Below are positions 1 through 13,692 of a DNA stretch of 64,000 nt, piece by piece (positions within the stretch are counted from its first letter, which is position 1; each line of letters begins with the position of its first letter). The position numbers were made by a program, and so were the translations under genes. Under the pieces are notes generated by a model. That model saw nothing but the letters and a program-made list of their open reading frames with translations. It was not told the DNA's origin and did not search any database. The DNA is from Pelomyxa schiedti (lineage: Eukaryota; Protista; Evosea), in assembly GCA_020536535.1 (NCBI GenBank), contig JAHLWZ010000267.1:1-64000 (forward strand). The letters run 5' to 3'.

Positions 1-783
1 TCTCAGGTGACTCTGGGGCAAGAAGCTAAATAAAGAGAAACAGGTGGCCAAATTTACTCTTCTCGTCTTCCACCCTCGATTTTTTATGTGGTGTGGCTGA
101 TATGTCGTCACCCATCCAGATGTACTGCGGCACTTCTGTAAGGAAAATATATAGTAAGTGTGTGAGGAGTGAGGGCGTGGGTAATTAAACATATTGGGGG
201 CGCTTGTGGCTAATGGGTGGGTCCAGGCAAACAAGCACATTTGGGCATGACTTAAAGTTTTGGTATCCAGCATTAATCTTGAACTCCATGTAAGGTTGCC
301 CGATTCCCTGTGAGCCTCGGAGAAGCTCTTCTATCTGCTTTTTTATGTTTAGACACTCTATCCTCTTTTCTTTTGAATGATCTTTTTGCAGGTTCATAAA
401 GTCCCAATCACTAACAAAATAGAAAAGCCCTATAGGAAAAATAGAGTAATGTTAGGAGCACAGAGACAAGAAGAGAAAATACCTGGTTCTTGTCTTGCCT
501 TGCACACTAGCAAGAACTCCAAGCATTTACGTAATATTGCCAAGTGTCCCCCACCAGTGGAGAACTGGAAGTCAACAGAAATGTAACGTGGAAGAGGTCC
601 TTGTAGGTGTGCATGTTTTTCACCTTTGGGGTGTTTGCTTACGTAAGAAAAAAAAAAATCTTTGGTTGCTTTGAGTCAGTGGGCTGCTGCTTACGTAGGA
701 TGGCATATGTGCGGAAGTCAGTCTTTTCCCATGTGCAGTTGCCTCGATCAGATACCCAGAAGCTACACCTTTCAGTAACCAGA
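1..783 (+). repeat. Near-identical copy of 43831..44613 (part of the minus-strand hypothetical gene at 43.4-47.3 kb); allele or paralog
   Basis: Same sequence with roughly a dozen differences; both copies end at the identical base (...ttcagtaaccaga) immediately before a 100-N gap. Confidence 0.97.
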
Positions 784-883
784 NNNNNNNNNNNNNNNNN
801 NNNNNNNNNNNNNNNNNNNNNNNNNNNNNNNNNNNNNNNNNNNNNNNNNNNNNNNNNNNNNNNNNNNNNNNNNNNNNNNNNNN
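784..883. other. Scaffold gap (100 N)
   Basis: Run of N. Confidence 1.
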
Positions 884-3800
884 CAACTTAAAGATGCAGA
901 GCTGACGAGCAGAAACCTGGAATTGGCCCTGAAGGACATCGAGGGAAAGAAGAGCCTTCTTGAAGAAGCCTCTGCCAAATTACAACAGGAAAGTGATCGC
1001 CTGAAGCAGCTGCTCTCAGATACAACGAGTGAGAGGGACAATTTCCGCGATGATGCGCGCAAAGCTGCAGAGCAATTGGCAATAGCAAAAGAAGAGAACA
1101 TCAGTCTCAATGGGCAAATTACATTGGCACAAGGGGATGTTGAAGCTTTGAAAAGGGAGAAGGAAGAACTCCACAAACAGCATGACCAAGATGCAGCTGA
1201 AAGAGCACGAATATCTGCTGAGCTAGAGGAGGTCCACAGCAAGTCAAAGTTGATAGAGGCTGAGCTGGCAGAGAAAAATGGCTCCATTGTTGATCTCCAG
1301 AGCAAACTGGACGAACTTAACAATAAATTGCTTTCATCCCAGCTGCATGAGAAGTCCCTTGCTGAAGAGATGGAGTCACTGGTCAAAAAGTTACAGGAAG
1401 AAACTCAAAAACTCGAGCTGCTTTCTAAGGTCCCTAACCCCCATCCTTTCTCTCTCAGCCACCCCCTTACAACATAGGAAACAATTAACTGACACCCTGA
1501 CATCCACACAACAGGAAAGATCAGAAGAAAAAACTCTTTTGGAGGCCAAAATCGGTGGCTGTGAGGAAAGAATACAGGCCCTCATGAAACAAGCTAGTGA
1601 CCTTTCATGTGAACTTCAAAAATCGAAGGACGAGTCCAAAAAGCTTCTCACAGAAGTGTCCAGGCGGGATGAAGAAATATCAAATGTCTCAGGGCAGCTA
1701 TCTTCTTCACTGGCAACAAGTCACTCCTTAAGTGAGCAGCTTGCAAAAACGAAGCAAGAAATGGATGCTGCAATTTCACAGATGCACCAACAACTTGACA
1801 CTGCCACATTAGAAAAGGAAGGAATCACATCCAAACTGAATGCCACAATTGGTGAGAAGGAATCCCTTCAACAAAGGCTCACACAAGAACGAGACCAAAA
1901 CCAAGAACAGCAGAGGGCACTAAAGGCTAGGCTTGATGAAAGCGAAGCCATTCGTGCAGAACAAGCAAGGCAATCTGAAGTTTCTGCTGTAGAACTTCAA
2001 AATAAACTAAGTGAGCAAGCAGCAGGGACAGGGGAAGCACAACAACTTCTCGCCCAGGCAACATCAAAAATAACAGAAATCTCAGGCAGGCTGACTGCAT
2101 CTCAAAAAGAAAACGAATCTCTTTCACGACAACTCTCTGAGCATCGTGCAACACAAGACCAACTCATCAAGGCAAGGCAAGAAATGGAAGTAAGACTTGC
2201 GGAGATTCAACGCCAGCTTGATATCGCCAATGCCGACAAAGAAAGCTCAAAAACCAAGTTAGACGAAGCTCTTGAAGAGAAGAGGGCACTTGAGAGTTCT
2301 CTTCACAAAAACATGTCTGACCTAGCTGAAGTAAATTCGAAGCTGAAGCAAGCTGAACTTCAACTGCAGCAACTGAAGTCGGACCTCTCCAACCAAAATG
2401 ACGCCAATGCGGGCCTGAAATCAACCCTGAAAGAACTGCAGTCGCAACTTGATACCTCTGTGGACAAAGCAAATAGAGAAAGGGATTTCTCCTCTCAGTT
2501 CATTTCTCGACTGCAAAGTGAAATCACCTCAGTTTCTGAGAAAAATAAGCTCCTTCAGACCAAAGTTTCCTCCTTGGAGCACGATTTATCCCTTGCAGAG
2601 GGGCTCAATAAGGATCGGAGTCACCAACTTGAACTTGCTCTTGCTGAAAGAGATTCCTCCAGAAATTTACTTACTACTTCAGATAGTAACACGATCACCC
2701 TGAGTTCCGAACTTGAAGTTACCAAACAACACCTCCATTCTGCTGAGGCCACGGCAAAACAACTTGCAGCTCACGTTGCTTCATTAGAAAAGCAAATAGC
2801 TTCCCTAAAAGAAGAGCTGGAGGTACACAAAACAACAAAAGGTCATCTGAATGAGAAATTGAACGAATCTAACCACGAACTTGAAAGACAACTTCAGGTG
2901 TCTTTCTTCCGTTTCACCTCGGCTTTCTGACGACTCTTACAGGAGCGTCGCCTAGCTCATGAACAATTTACATCTGATAAGGAAAAATTGGAAGCTGAGC
3001 TGCAAGAAACCAGAGCAACTATTAGAGATCTGAGGGAGAAGCTTCAGGCAAACACTGAAGTAAAATCTGATTCCAGCTCCGCCACTTATCAAGTATTTTC
3101 TTTTTTGTTTTTAGGAAAGCTCTGTGTCAGCCAAAAGTAGTTTTGAACAAAAAGTGCAACTTGAGAAACAAGTGAAAGATGCTCAATCTCAACTTCACCA
3201 ACTACAAGGCGAGCTTCAAAAGACATCTGCTTCTCTCTTGGAAAAAGAGGCTGCACTCTGCAGACTTTCTGATTCTCTGAATTCTACACAAACTGAACAA
3301 TGCCTTTTGAAAGAGCAACTTGCACAGTTGAAATCGGAAAATGAGAGCCTTTCCACAACCAAAGGAATAACAGAACAACAATTACAAGAGCGAAATTCTG
3401 ACATCATTGACATGCAAACAAAACTCATCAATGCAATGCTACAAGTACAAACTTCCACTGACGAGATTGCACACCTATCAGAAAAATTACTCCAACTGGA
3501 ACAAAGAACCAAAGTATTTTACAGTATAGCCAATCTCTCTTTAATTCTCAACATCTTTTTTTTTTAAAGCGTGCCGAATTATCGTTGACCCAAAGTGAGC
3601 AAAATTGTGAGGCACTGCAATTGACAGCAAAAGGTCAAGCCGAGAAGATTAAGTACTTTGAGCAACAGTTAGAAGAGAAAGACAGTCAATTGTCATGCAT
3701 TCAAGCACAAAAAGCAGCATTAGAACAGAAGCACCAACAACACCTGGCTGTGGAAAAAGAAGCACAGGAGGAATTAGTAAAACTCCGGTCACAATTATCA

Positions 3801-4940
3801 GAAAGATGTGGCAATGAATTATTGGCACATCAAGTTGAGGAATTGAACTGTGAATTTCGCCGTCTGCAAACAGAAAGTAATTCTTTGAAAGACAGCTTTG
3901 ATCAATGTCAGAAGGTCTGTTATGCTCTATATTTTTAAAATGTAACTCTGAATAAGATTTTGGAATCGAAAGACATCGAGCTAGGTTTTTTCTTATCTTC
4001 TTTTTTCTTCTTAACGAATAACAGGTGAGTTAGCCAATGAGAAGCGGGAGTGCCTAAATGCACTTGAAAAGGCCAAGTCACAATGGACAGAACAAACAGT
4101 GGAATACACAGAGCAAATTGAAAAGGTTTCTATTTGAGTGGTTTGTAGTCGCTTTTCTAAGCTCTTCAATGTTGCAGTTATCACAGCAACTGGCTCAGGA
4201 GCAACTTTCACAAGAGACTTTACTGCAACGTTCTCTTATTGCAGAGGGTAACCTCCAAACTCGGTTGCAGCTCATGCAAGAAACAATGAATTCTGCCCAG
4301 GTATTGTGGATTTTCAGTAGGGGTTTAATTCACATGGCAACAGGCAATTTTAACGGGGCAGTTCTCAATTCGCCCGGATTCAAACAAAAATATCTCACAG
4401 AAACTTTCAGCTTATCAGGCACACAGCTCGATGCTGGCTTCCGAAGTATATTTCCCTTTCATTCTTTGTCCTTGAACCAACAAGCACCGCCAGCTGAAAA
4501 GATTGGAAACCGAACTCAACATTAAAGATGGGCATATCAAAAAGCTCATCAAGGACTTAGAAGACTGCAAACGCCTAGTTCTCACCAAACAACAATCGGA
4601 AGTCCCGCAGTCCAACGTACTCATCTCTCTCTCTCTTCTTTGCCGAATTTTCACGTTAGCTAACATCACTCACCAGGATCTTCTGCGACTTCAACTCGAA
4701 GAGGTGAAGAAGCGGTACTTCGTATCCCTAGCTCGTGCAGTCAAGATGCAAGGAGCTCTCCTTGGATGGTACACATTATCCATCCCATTTGGTGTGAACC
4801 GTTTAATAACAACCCGAAACAGGTACGCCAATGTTGATGTGGACTTCTTGTATGAACAAGCCCAACAACAAAACGTGGATTTAGACAAATGGCCCGGCTG
4901 GATCACAGCCGTTGTCGAGTCCTCAAAACAAATGATGTAA
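884..4940 (+). CDS. Long coiled-coil protein, 5'-partial, multi-exon
   Basis: Consecutive E/Q/K/L-rich heptad ORFs (923-1477, 1278-2930, 3124-3567, 3585-3938, 4503-4940) joined by short GT-AG introns; small globular C-terminus RYFVSLARAVKMQG...NVDVDFLYEQAQQQNVDLDKWPGWI; TAA at 4938-4940. Confidence 0.85.
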
Positions 4941-5085
4941 AACTACCCAACACCCAATTTTGTCAAATACACCAACCAATCACTACGCTTCTCTTTTTTT
5001 TCTCGCAACACGGAGAATGGTCTCTGGATTTTTTTTTTAAATTGCGTTCTGGTCTGCTTAGTTTGAAAATTAAATGAATAATAGC

Positions 5086-6844
5086 TCAGAAGAAAGCACT
5101 GTATTCGTCTCCCAGTTCAAACTCCCCTTCAGAAAAGCCATCACCATCATCCTCGTCAGAGATGATGGCATTGTTAAGTTCCTCCACATTCTCCTCAAAA
5201 ACCACAGGGAACCGCAGAAGTGCACCAAGTCCTGAGAATCCCTGAATGAATTGCGTGGATTCTGGAGAGTCTGCACTCAGCACAATGACTTCTGCAACAC
5301 CTCCACCGGCAGAAGGGTTCATTTCCAGCCACTCCAGCAGAAGCTGGTCACTAGTAACCCTCTGTGTTGATGCTGATTGAACCACTCCCTCGGGCAGTTT
5401 TGCTCCCCAGATCACCTGTTCAGTTGAGGTGTTTGTGTTGGTCAACACAAACCTTCTGCACTTGGAATTCTCCCACACGAGGAGCTTGTTTACGGCTCCT
5501 TGCTCTACGGCCTGCATTACATTACTGGCTCCAAAGCAGGCCAGGTTTGTATCCTCAGAAAGATGTCGGAAGAATTCTGATAATAAGGATTTCTAAGGTG
5601 AGAGATTCAGTTAGCAGGAAAACGCCCGCAGTAGCGAAGAAAGAGTGGGGTAAAGTACCAGGGCAAAACTTTCTGACGCTACAAGTGTTGAACATGAAGA
5701 AATTGCCTCGTGTAAACCGGAATTTCCGCCGTATGACGTGTCAACAACCTGTGGGAATTGCATTAAGCTTTAGTCTCACAAACCTAAGTGGCAACCTGCA
5801 TTAGCTTGCTTTTCAGACGGTCATCAAGACGGGTTGATACTTCTGTCTTAAGACTAGCAACACCGGCAATTACTATCCCTCTAACGTTTACTTGCCTGAA
5901 AAACAGGGTGAATGTAAGTTCTCTTTAGGTAGCATTCGTAGAGCGTACCCATCTGCATCAATAAATGCTCTTACTGCAAGTTCGTTGATCTTGGTGAGAA
6001 AGTTATGTCTTGCCTCCACACGAAGTCTGTTGAATCGCAGAGCAGATTGACCCCCCCTGCCATGCTTGTTGGGTAAATCTACATTTATGTGATGCAAAAC
6101 CTTGCAACATCCATTCTGTAGAAGGGCGAAAATGGACCTAAAAAAAGAGGTTGGAATTGCATTGCGGAACATTATTAAAGTGGTATCAAAATAATACCCT
6201 TTGCCATCGACCACAATGAAGGCGTAGGCATTGGGCGACTGCTCTAACATCTCAAAAATCGGGCCAACATGAAATTTTGCATCACAAAAATAGACAGATT
6301 TGGGTAAGTGCATTTTCGCTTCTGGTATAATGACTTCAGAGTACGTTTGATTGTTTTTCCTGCATGCACTAGTCACCAACTTGCCGGTTTTTGGTGTTGG
6401 AAGTGGGAATATACCCTCTTCCATAAAACAAGCAAATTCCACCATCAGCAGGATTATCCGCCATCCATTTGAGCAATGCCGTTTTCACCTGTCCCATTGT
6501 CTTGGTGTGTGTGAGGCCTCAGGATATTCTACAACGAGCTTCAAACCTGCCGTACAAATCTGTCATTGACCACAACTGATGCCGAAGCACCGGGGTAAAA
6601 TATCCTACAAGAGTTACCATTTTGCCTTTTGATTATTTTCACCCCCACAAACAAAAGGGGGGGCACAACACAAGGTTAGGTCTCTTCATGCACACCTGTT
6701 CTCTGACATCATCTTGAGGTACTTTGAGGCACCCTTCACGTCCCTAGCAATCAAAGTGATGAGAGTTTGAGTCCCATCACATCCTCTGGGCGTATCTGCC
6801 AGCCCAATGGCCCGTCTCCTAAGCCCCCAGCGCTGCAGGTCCAT
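5086..6844 (-). CDS. Divergent eukaryotic peptide chain release factor 1 (eRF1) homolog
   Basis: VDLPNKHGRGGQSALRFNRLRVEARHNFLTK (GGQ loop), YFCDAKFH (YxCxxxF), AVEQGAVNKLLVWE and ESTQFIQGFSGLGALLRFPV (C domain), acidic tail; N domain lacks a recognisable NIKS. Confidence 0.9.
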
Positions 6845-7152
6845 CTGTGTTGTTTCGTTCAGAATGTAATTCTTCGGCAAGGCAATCACTGCTTCCCCCG
6901 GCCGAACTGTCTGAGAAAAGGAGGGAACCCACGAAAACCTACGTACCCCACACTCCTTGGCTGCTTCAGAGTCCTCCAGTCCCCGATCTCCTTCCCCTTC
7001 TCAGTGTCCGATTCCTTGCAAAATATCAAGATCGGGATCCCTGGCAACTTGGCTCTGCGATACCGACTTGGGCCCAATGTTCCACTTGACAATAAAAAAC
7101 CTGTTACTCTCTCCACTCCAATCAACAAAAAACTTTACACACACAACTGTTT

Positions 7153-8809
7153 ATGGCCCGATCGAACGCCAACAACAACCCCCGGGGACTGGCCTCCGAC
7201 CCCTTCCCAGATGCTAGCAGCACTCTGGGGCTCGGCACCACACCCCTGGCCAACAAAACCGCAGCCAGATACCTGGCTCCCCAAACAAGCAGCAACGGCA
7301 AAGCCGAAGCTCCAGCGAGCCGACGACGAGGCAGAAACCCCGTCGTTCTGCATGTACACAGTGTAAACAATGTAAACAGCAAGAACCACAGCAATGTGAC
7401 ACCGAAACAGTCTGCGTCTGTCAAGCTGTCGTGTACTAGACTGCCTCCTATACAACAACATGCGGCCTCAGTCACGAGTGTCAGTAATGCAACGGCTTGT
7501 AGTACTCATTGCAGTAGAGGTGGTAGTAATACTGCTGATTCTACCACTACTACAATGAGTACTACTCGCACAAGTGCTGCTGTGCAGTATAGCAACTCAG
7601 CTGATTGTGTTGTAACACGAACACCAGGGGATGCGCAACACGACCGGCTCTTCAGGTCCCATTCGCCACCGCCCAGGTGGGAGAAGCTACGACACCAACA
7701 GGTTTAGAATTGCTTTTTTTTTCATTTTTCTCCCTTTTTTTTTTTTTTTTCATTTTTTTTTGACTTTTCTTGTGCCTTCCTTATTGCAAATTCAGACCTC
7801 GAACCTAATAGGACAACCAAATAATTTACCGGTATGGCTTGAGCCCGAGAAGAAGAATTGTGCACCGTTGTATCAATCACCAAAGTGCGGACCAGTGAAA
7901 TTACCGCCAATACTGCGGCCAGGAGTAACGCCATTACCACAACTTTCTCCAGAGCCTATTCCCCAGCCCATCGGCTCTACAGACCTTCCTCCACCGCCAT
8001 GTTGTACAAGTACTTCACCTAGAAGTGGCAATCTCTGACACTCACAGATAAACATAAATCAATCCCAAGTAGAGATTCAGGGCAAAGAGCCAGATGCATT
8101 TCCGACGGGGTACTCCTCTTTTGTTTTTACCCCTTGGAATGCTCATAAAAATTAAAAGGAAATCCAGAATTATTCCTCCCTGGTTGTTGAACTCAAGGAA
8201 GAAGTAGAAAAATCCTGTCGTGTAATACCGTCAGGCAATCCAATTGTGGTATCTTTCTTTTCACCAAGTCACTCTTCCTAATTTTCATAGCGGAAACTTC
8301 TAGAAATACAACGTCTGAGCCCTCAGGCACAATATTACCTGATTCAGTGTCACGACCTGGTCTCTACCCTGATAGCTGTTCTTCAAAAGAGGTTCGCTTT
8401 AAAAAATCTTATTATGATAACTGGGTTACTTATTCTTCATAACAGAGGAGATGATCCCACTATCACTTTCGCGTGCCATAGGACCCTTTGCGGCATTATC
8501 GAAAACACAGGGATACGCTCCTTTACAAACAACCATGGACGGGACATCACCAACGCACTAGTCAATGCCATTGCTCCCAATCTTTGGGCGCACACCGGAA
8601 ACTCTGACGTACTTCATTCTGGGATTCGAGTACTCTGCTATCTGCCTCTCACAGAGAAAAACGACGTCACTCTGTTCTATCTGAAACAAATCCGAGAATC
8701 CATGAGAAATCAAGAACAATATCTCGCATGTAGCGCCTTAAGTTTGACACCCTGGCTCGAAAGATACAACGAGCTGAATTCTTCGTCTCCACTCCTAGGC
8801 ATCCTGTAA
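7153..8809 (+). CDS. Hypothetical protein, low-complexity N-terminus, helical (ARM-like?) C-terminus
   Basis: ATG 7153, ORFs 7153-7707 and 8414-8809 with GT-AG introns between them; no family recognised. Confidence 0.6.
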
Positions 8810-8955
8810 CAGTCCAAACTTGTATATAAATGTATCTATCTGTACGGTAAAAAAAAAGGCAAATTTTGTGCTCATTTGAGCATTGCTTCTGTTAAAAAAC
8901 AACGTTGCAACGCGAATTTTTCGTTTTAAAAACAGAGTGCCTTGAGTGGAGAACA

Positions 8956-11900
8956 CTAGAGGAGGAACTCAGAGAATAGAACTTTGCGGCGTACACCACA
9001 CGTTGTGCCTTCATGGTATTTGTACCTGACTATTGAGTTCTGGTGCTCTGGTGATCCTGGTGGTGCATTTTTGGGTGGTGATGTGGCTTTGGTTGGTTTG
9101 TTGTCATCCACAATAACGCGGCCCCAGAAGTCCTTCTTTGGCTGTAGGGAAAACAATTAGGGTGGTGTGGGCCACAAGGAAGTACTCACTTTCAGAGGAA
9201 CGGCGGTTTTGGGAGGAGCTACTTTCTTTGTTGGGGTAGCTGGAAGTGGCTCGGAGGGAGGGTCGTTCTTGTGCCGTTCGCGGACTGCAAGTTGCCACAC
9301 CTGGAAAAAAAAGGAGAGAGGAGGAAAAGGGGGAGATATTTATGGAGTCCTACCTCATTGTTGATGAATTCCCGGTGGGTATTTGGCATGGTGTGTCGAT
9401 TTAGCTGCGCTAAGCCCTGTATCAGGCTTTCCAGTGGTCTTTATTGTTGTTTTTCCCCTCGTTAACTCAGGCTTGTTTTTGTTGTTTGGGAACAAACGGG
9501 TCAAGCTCATAAACAGGCACACTCGACTTTTCGGAAGTTGTTCGCCTAAACTTCAACCCCAGCCGGAAGTATAGCTCAATAATTCTATTAATCATAGCTT
9601 GTTCTTGGGGGCTAGTTAAGTTCTTGTTTACCTATTCTCGAAGTTACTTGGAAGAAGTTGCACTAGAATAATTTAGTACTGACTGTACGTATAGGAGTTG
9701 ACAGTATAGTTAATAGATATGGCAGAAGTTCAGCAATGATGTTATATTGTGAAAGAGAAAGTCTGGCAATGCTTGTAAGGTTCTACTGCATAAGGCCAAC
9801 TTAGTTACCTTAAAGGGTTGCACATGTTATTCATAAACGAAGTCAATACATTCAAGTTCTGATTCTTAAGAGACCACAACTATTCTTTGTCAGACAAGCA
9901 ATAAAAGTCATGCAGGTGCCTTGAAGGACATTGACGGGTATTCAATGTTAATCTGAGGAGTGATGTTGCAAATAGTGTTCAAGGCAAGAGCTGATATTGG
10001 TAAATATGCTCGAAGTTCCTGAGACTGGTACATAAGAGCTTTGCTCGACATAATGTCACAAAAGCACATCCAATCTGAACAGCTCTCAATCTATCCTCTT
10101 GTCAGTGAAACTTAATTTTGTTGGTGGGTGGTTTCAACTGTACTTTGTAGAATAAGGAGTCGTCTGCACTGACAGCATTGATATAGTTTTGCCAACAACC
10201 ATCTTGAACCTTATCCCAAGGAAGTGACTCTACATGCTTCAGTAAGTGTTCGTTGAATGAATCTTTGGAAGGGTAGGTCTCTTTTCCAGCCTTCCAGTTC
10301 CTGAATATCATGGACCACACATCAAACAATGAACGCGTGCTATCTAAAACAAGGCTCAGAGAATGAGGAAGATCAGAGAGGCGGGGAAAAAACCTTTAGC
10401 ACCAATCTGCATTTCATTCAAGAAGTCACTTCTCGAGATAGTGGCATGCCTACCTTTTAAGAACTTCCCACGTTATCTCGCAAGGCAAATGAGTGTGCGT
10501 ATGTGGGGTATGTTGTGTGCAACGATACAAAGGGTATAATATTATTCACCTGCAGTACGTTCAGGCACTCCCTTACATCTAGCTCTGACCTGTTGCACAA
10601 CGCCATAAGATGTTTGTATTCAATAGGTGTAGATTCCAGGCGACAGATGGTCTTGTGGTGTGAGTTCATGAAAATAGAGATGTAAATTAGCTACGTTGAG
10701 TCTATCACAAAGCCGCGTAACTTTTGGCTTACTGATATTGAAGATGCTAACCAACTTTGAAGATGAATTAAATAACAGTTGGAAGGCTGAAACTCACTGG
10801 TCTAAGTTTTCTAAGAACGGGAACATAAAGGTCATTGCATGTGCAAATAATCGGACGCATGGTGACGGTGGCAGTTGGTCTGGCCCTAGAGGAAGGCTTT
10901 CTCTCCAACACAGAAACTGAAGAAGGCTTCTTGACAAGTTTTTTTGGCTTGTAGGGATTCTTCCAGCCCTTTTCTGCACAATTGAAGTTGGTTTTACAAG
11001 TACAGCAAGATCCACTACCTTTCTTTCCAGGTGGTTCTGCTTCTTCCATATCTTCTGGTTGCTCTTGGTCTGTGTGCTGGATTTTGTTTGCTGAAATTGC
11101 TAGAAGTTTACATAAGTAGTCAATGGCTCCCTGTTTTGTGCCACGAGTTAAACTTGATACAACACCAAAGGATAAACTTGTCCATCAGAGGCATGCATCC
11201 CATCAATTTCATCAAGTATGAGCAGGTTTGGTTTAATCTCTTCAGTGGTTGAAGTCTTGAAAACAGCCTTGTGGTCAATTACTCCTGACTGGAGATATCG
11301 TTGAGCAAGTAAAAAAGAAAAGTATAATTCCAACCACAGCTTTCTTGAAATCCTCCGCCGTTCGTACCATGCTTAATGAATGTTAAGATGGCACTTGTCT
11401 GGAAGAACTTCTATTACCTTGCATTGACTTCGATGGGATTGTAGCCTAACAGATAGTAAAGAAGAGAACTAAGGATGTTGCAGGTATACCCGCTTGACGT
11501 GCAACAACATGAGCAAGGGTGGTTTTCCCACTGTAAAAGAATGATGGAAAAGTAGGAAAGTATTCCTGAGTAATCTTACTGGGTATGGAGAAAAGTACCT
11601 TCCAGGTGGCCCGCAAAGTACAATGGCCTGTGAAATGTCCATTTCAAGGCAAAAATAATAAAATGAAATTACCCTGTGGTCTGGCAGTTTGTCATGATTT
11701 TGTACCTCTGTCTTTGCTGGAAAAACAACACTGTCCCACTTCTTCAGCCATGATAACACTTCCCGATTAATGCGCTATTATAGTGAAAATATATTAAACA
11801 ATATTGCTTTTATTTGCTGAAGTACTTCATCGGATAGGAGATCGATAAAAGTTTTTGGAGCATACTAAAGAAAAAAGGTAGTTTTAAAAAAGAAATCAAG

Positions 11901-13544
11901 GGGAATCAAACCTTGTCAACCCAAAGATCATTCTCCACAGGTAGTAGTGGGTCGACATTGTTTGTGGGTACTGTACTTTTGCTCTGTTGTTTTGTTAACA
12001 TGGGAAAAGACAGGGAGGCAAACCATGGTGTAAAGCAATTCGGTTGCATTCTTAGGAAGCAAACAAGACTTTAATTCCTCGTCATGGCACAATGTCGGAG
12101 GGCGCTCTAACAAGCGGAAATCAGGTGCCAATTGAATGACAACTCTACGTTATATCAGGGAATGAGTTATTGATCGAGATGATCAATTAAAGACCTGCAG
12201 CCAGACATGGAGGTTGCTGTAAAAGAATGCTCCAGAGGGTTAGCATTTAGACTTGCATTCAGTAGTACGTCACTGGGCATTCTCTGTGTGATACGAAGGC
12301 TCCCTTCAGAGAAGTCGTCTATCGGCGGAGGATTATGAGGCAAAGGAAAAGAGGAAGCGCCACTGTTGAGTCTTACCCTCTTTGGTCCTGTTTTACTGTT
12401 GGGAGGAAAAGGAGGAAAGGGAAGGACAACCTCCAGCAGGTTTATGAACTCTCTTTGGTGGTCTTTTCCTACAATCATCAAGGAGTTTGGTTAACTGTTC
12501 TTTGGTGCGCCCTTCTCTCACAGAGTCAACAGAATCAGGTGCAGGTGCAGGTGCCAGTGAAGGTTCCGTTTGGAAGTCATTTGTGGTATCGAGTGATGGA
12601 AGAAACGGACATGATGACATAGAATAAGAATCCTGGCGTACCAGCAAAGAATCCAGAGGAGATTGGGAGGGTGATATAGGAGAAGAGGGCAATGTGTGAC
12701 CTGTTGCTGTGTCACTATGGGGTGAAGAGGACTGGGAAAAATGAAACAGGGGTGTAGGGCCTGTCAAATCAATTGGAGATTGTGGAAGTTGGGAACTGGG
12801 TGATTTGGGAGACTGTGTTTTGTCTTTCCCATTAGGGGTTTCAAATACAAAAGCAAGATTACTTCCTCCTGATGATATTTTGTCCCCAGGAATTTGGCTT
12901 TGCTCCTTTGTATTTTTCTTTTTTTGTGGATGTTGCTTTTTCTTGCCATGCTTTCCAGGTGTATTCTTGGAATTGCTCCTCTGTGGTTTACTTGATTGGC
13001 GAGACGAAGCTCCAAAAGATGATGATGATGACTGAGAACCAAGACTGTTGTCAACAGGTGCGGTTCTGGGCAAAAACGAATCCGTAGAAAACGACTGATG
13101 ATGCAACTGCGGCCGCACCCCCGTCGATTTCCCCCCAGCAGACGACGACGAGCCAGAGCCAGAGCCTGCGGTGCCATCACAACAACAAGAAGAGCAAGAG
13201 CACGAGGCAGTGCACGTGCACGTGGGCGAAGACGACGACGAAGGATCGTCACAACGACGGCTGCACTGGGAGTCCTCAGGGGGCGACCGCGGCAGCACAG
13301 ACGACGGCGACGACGATGACGATGGCGCTAGAGAGCGAGAGACAGGGGGAGGAGGGGGCCCGCCGCGGGCGGGGCGAGCGGGGGTAAGGGTGACGGGCGG
13401 CGGGGGGAGGCGCACTGCGTCGGTCGGCTGGAAGAGCAGCCGGCGGCGAGGCCCGGCGCCCTGGGCACCGCTCGTGGCCGCCTCGTCCTCCATCTCGAGG
13501 AGCGCCTGCATGCCCTCTCGGTCGTCTTCGTACTCACCAGACAT
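8956..13544 (-). CDS. CTF18: Chromosome transmission fidelity protein 18 (alternative RFC clamp-loader large subunit, AAA+)
   Basis: LWVDK/YAPKTFIDLLSDE, LSWLKKWDSVVF, LCGPPG..GKTTLAHVVA (Walker A), PNLLILDEIDG (Walker B), RPIICTCNDLY, C-terminal RYKYHEGTTCGVRRKV motif. Confidence 0.93.
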
Positions 13545-13692
13545 CCTTTCGGTCCTCGAAACTGATCTGCGGTTCAAAAAGGGCAAAAAAAAGGCCTGCG
13601 AAAGGTCATGCCTCGTTTTTCGCGTCAGGGCTCTGTGCCGGGCCGACAACACGTCGACCCGGCCGAATTCGCTGCCGGACGAATTCGGAACA

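Noticed and set aside
13171-13692. Long overlapping antisense ORFs (also 33301-33867, 37219-37728, 31957-32526, 772-1386)
   Set aside because: Shadow frames of GC-rich or low-complexity coding exons on the opposite strand.
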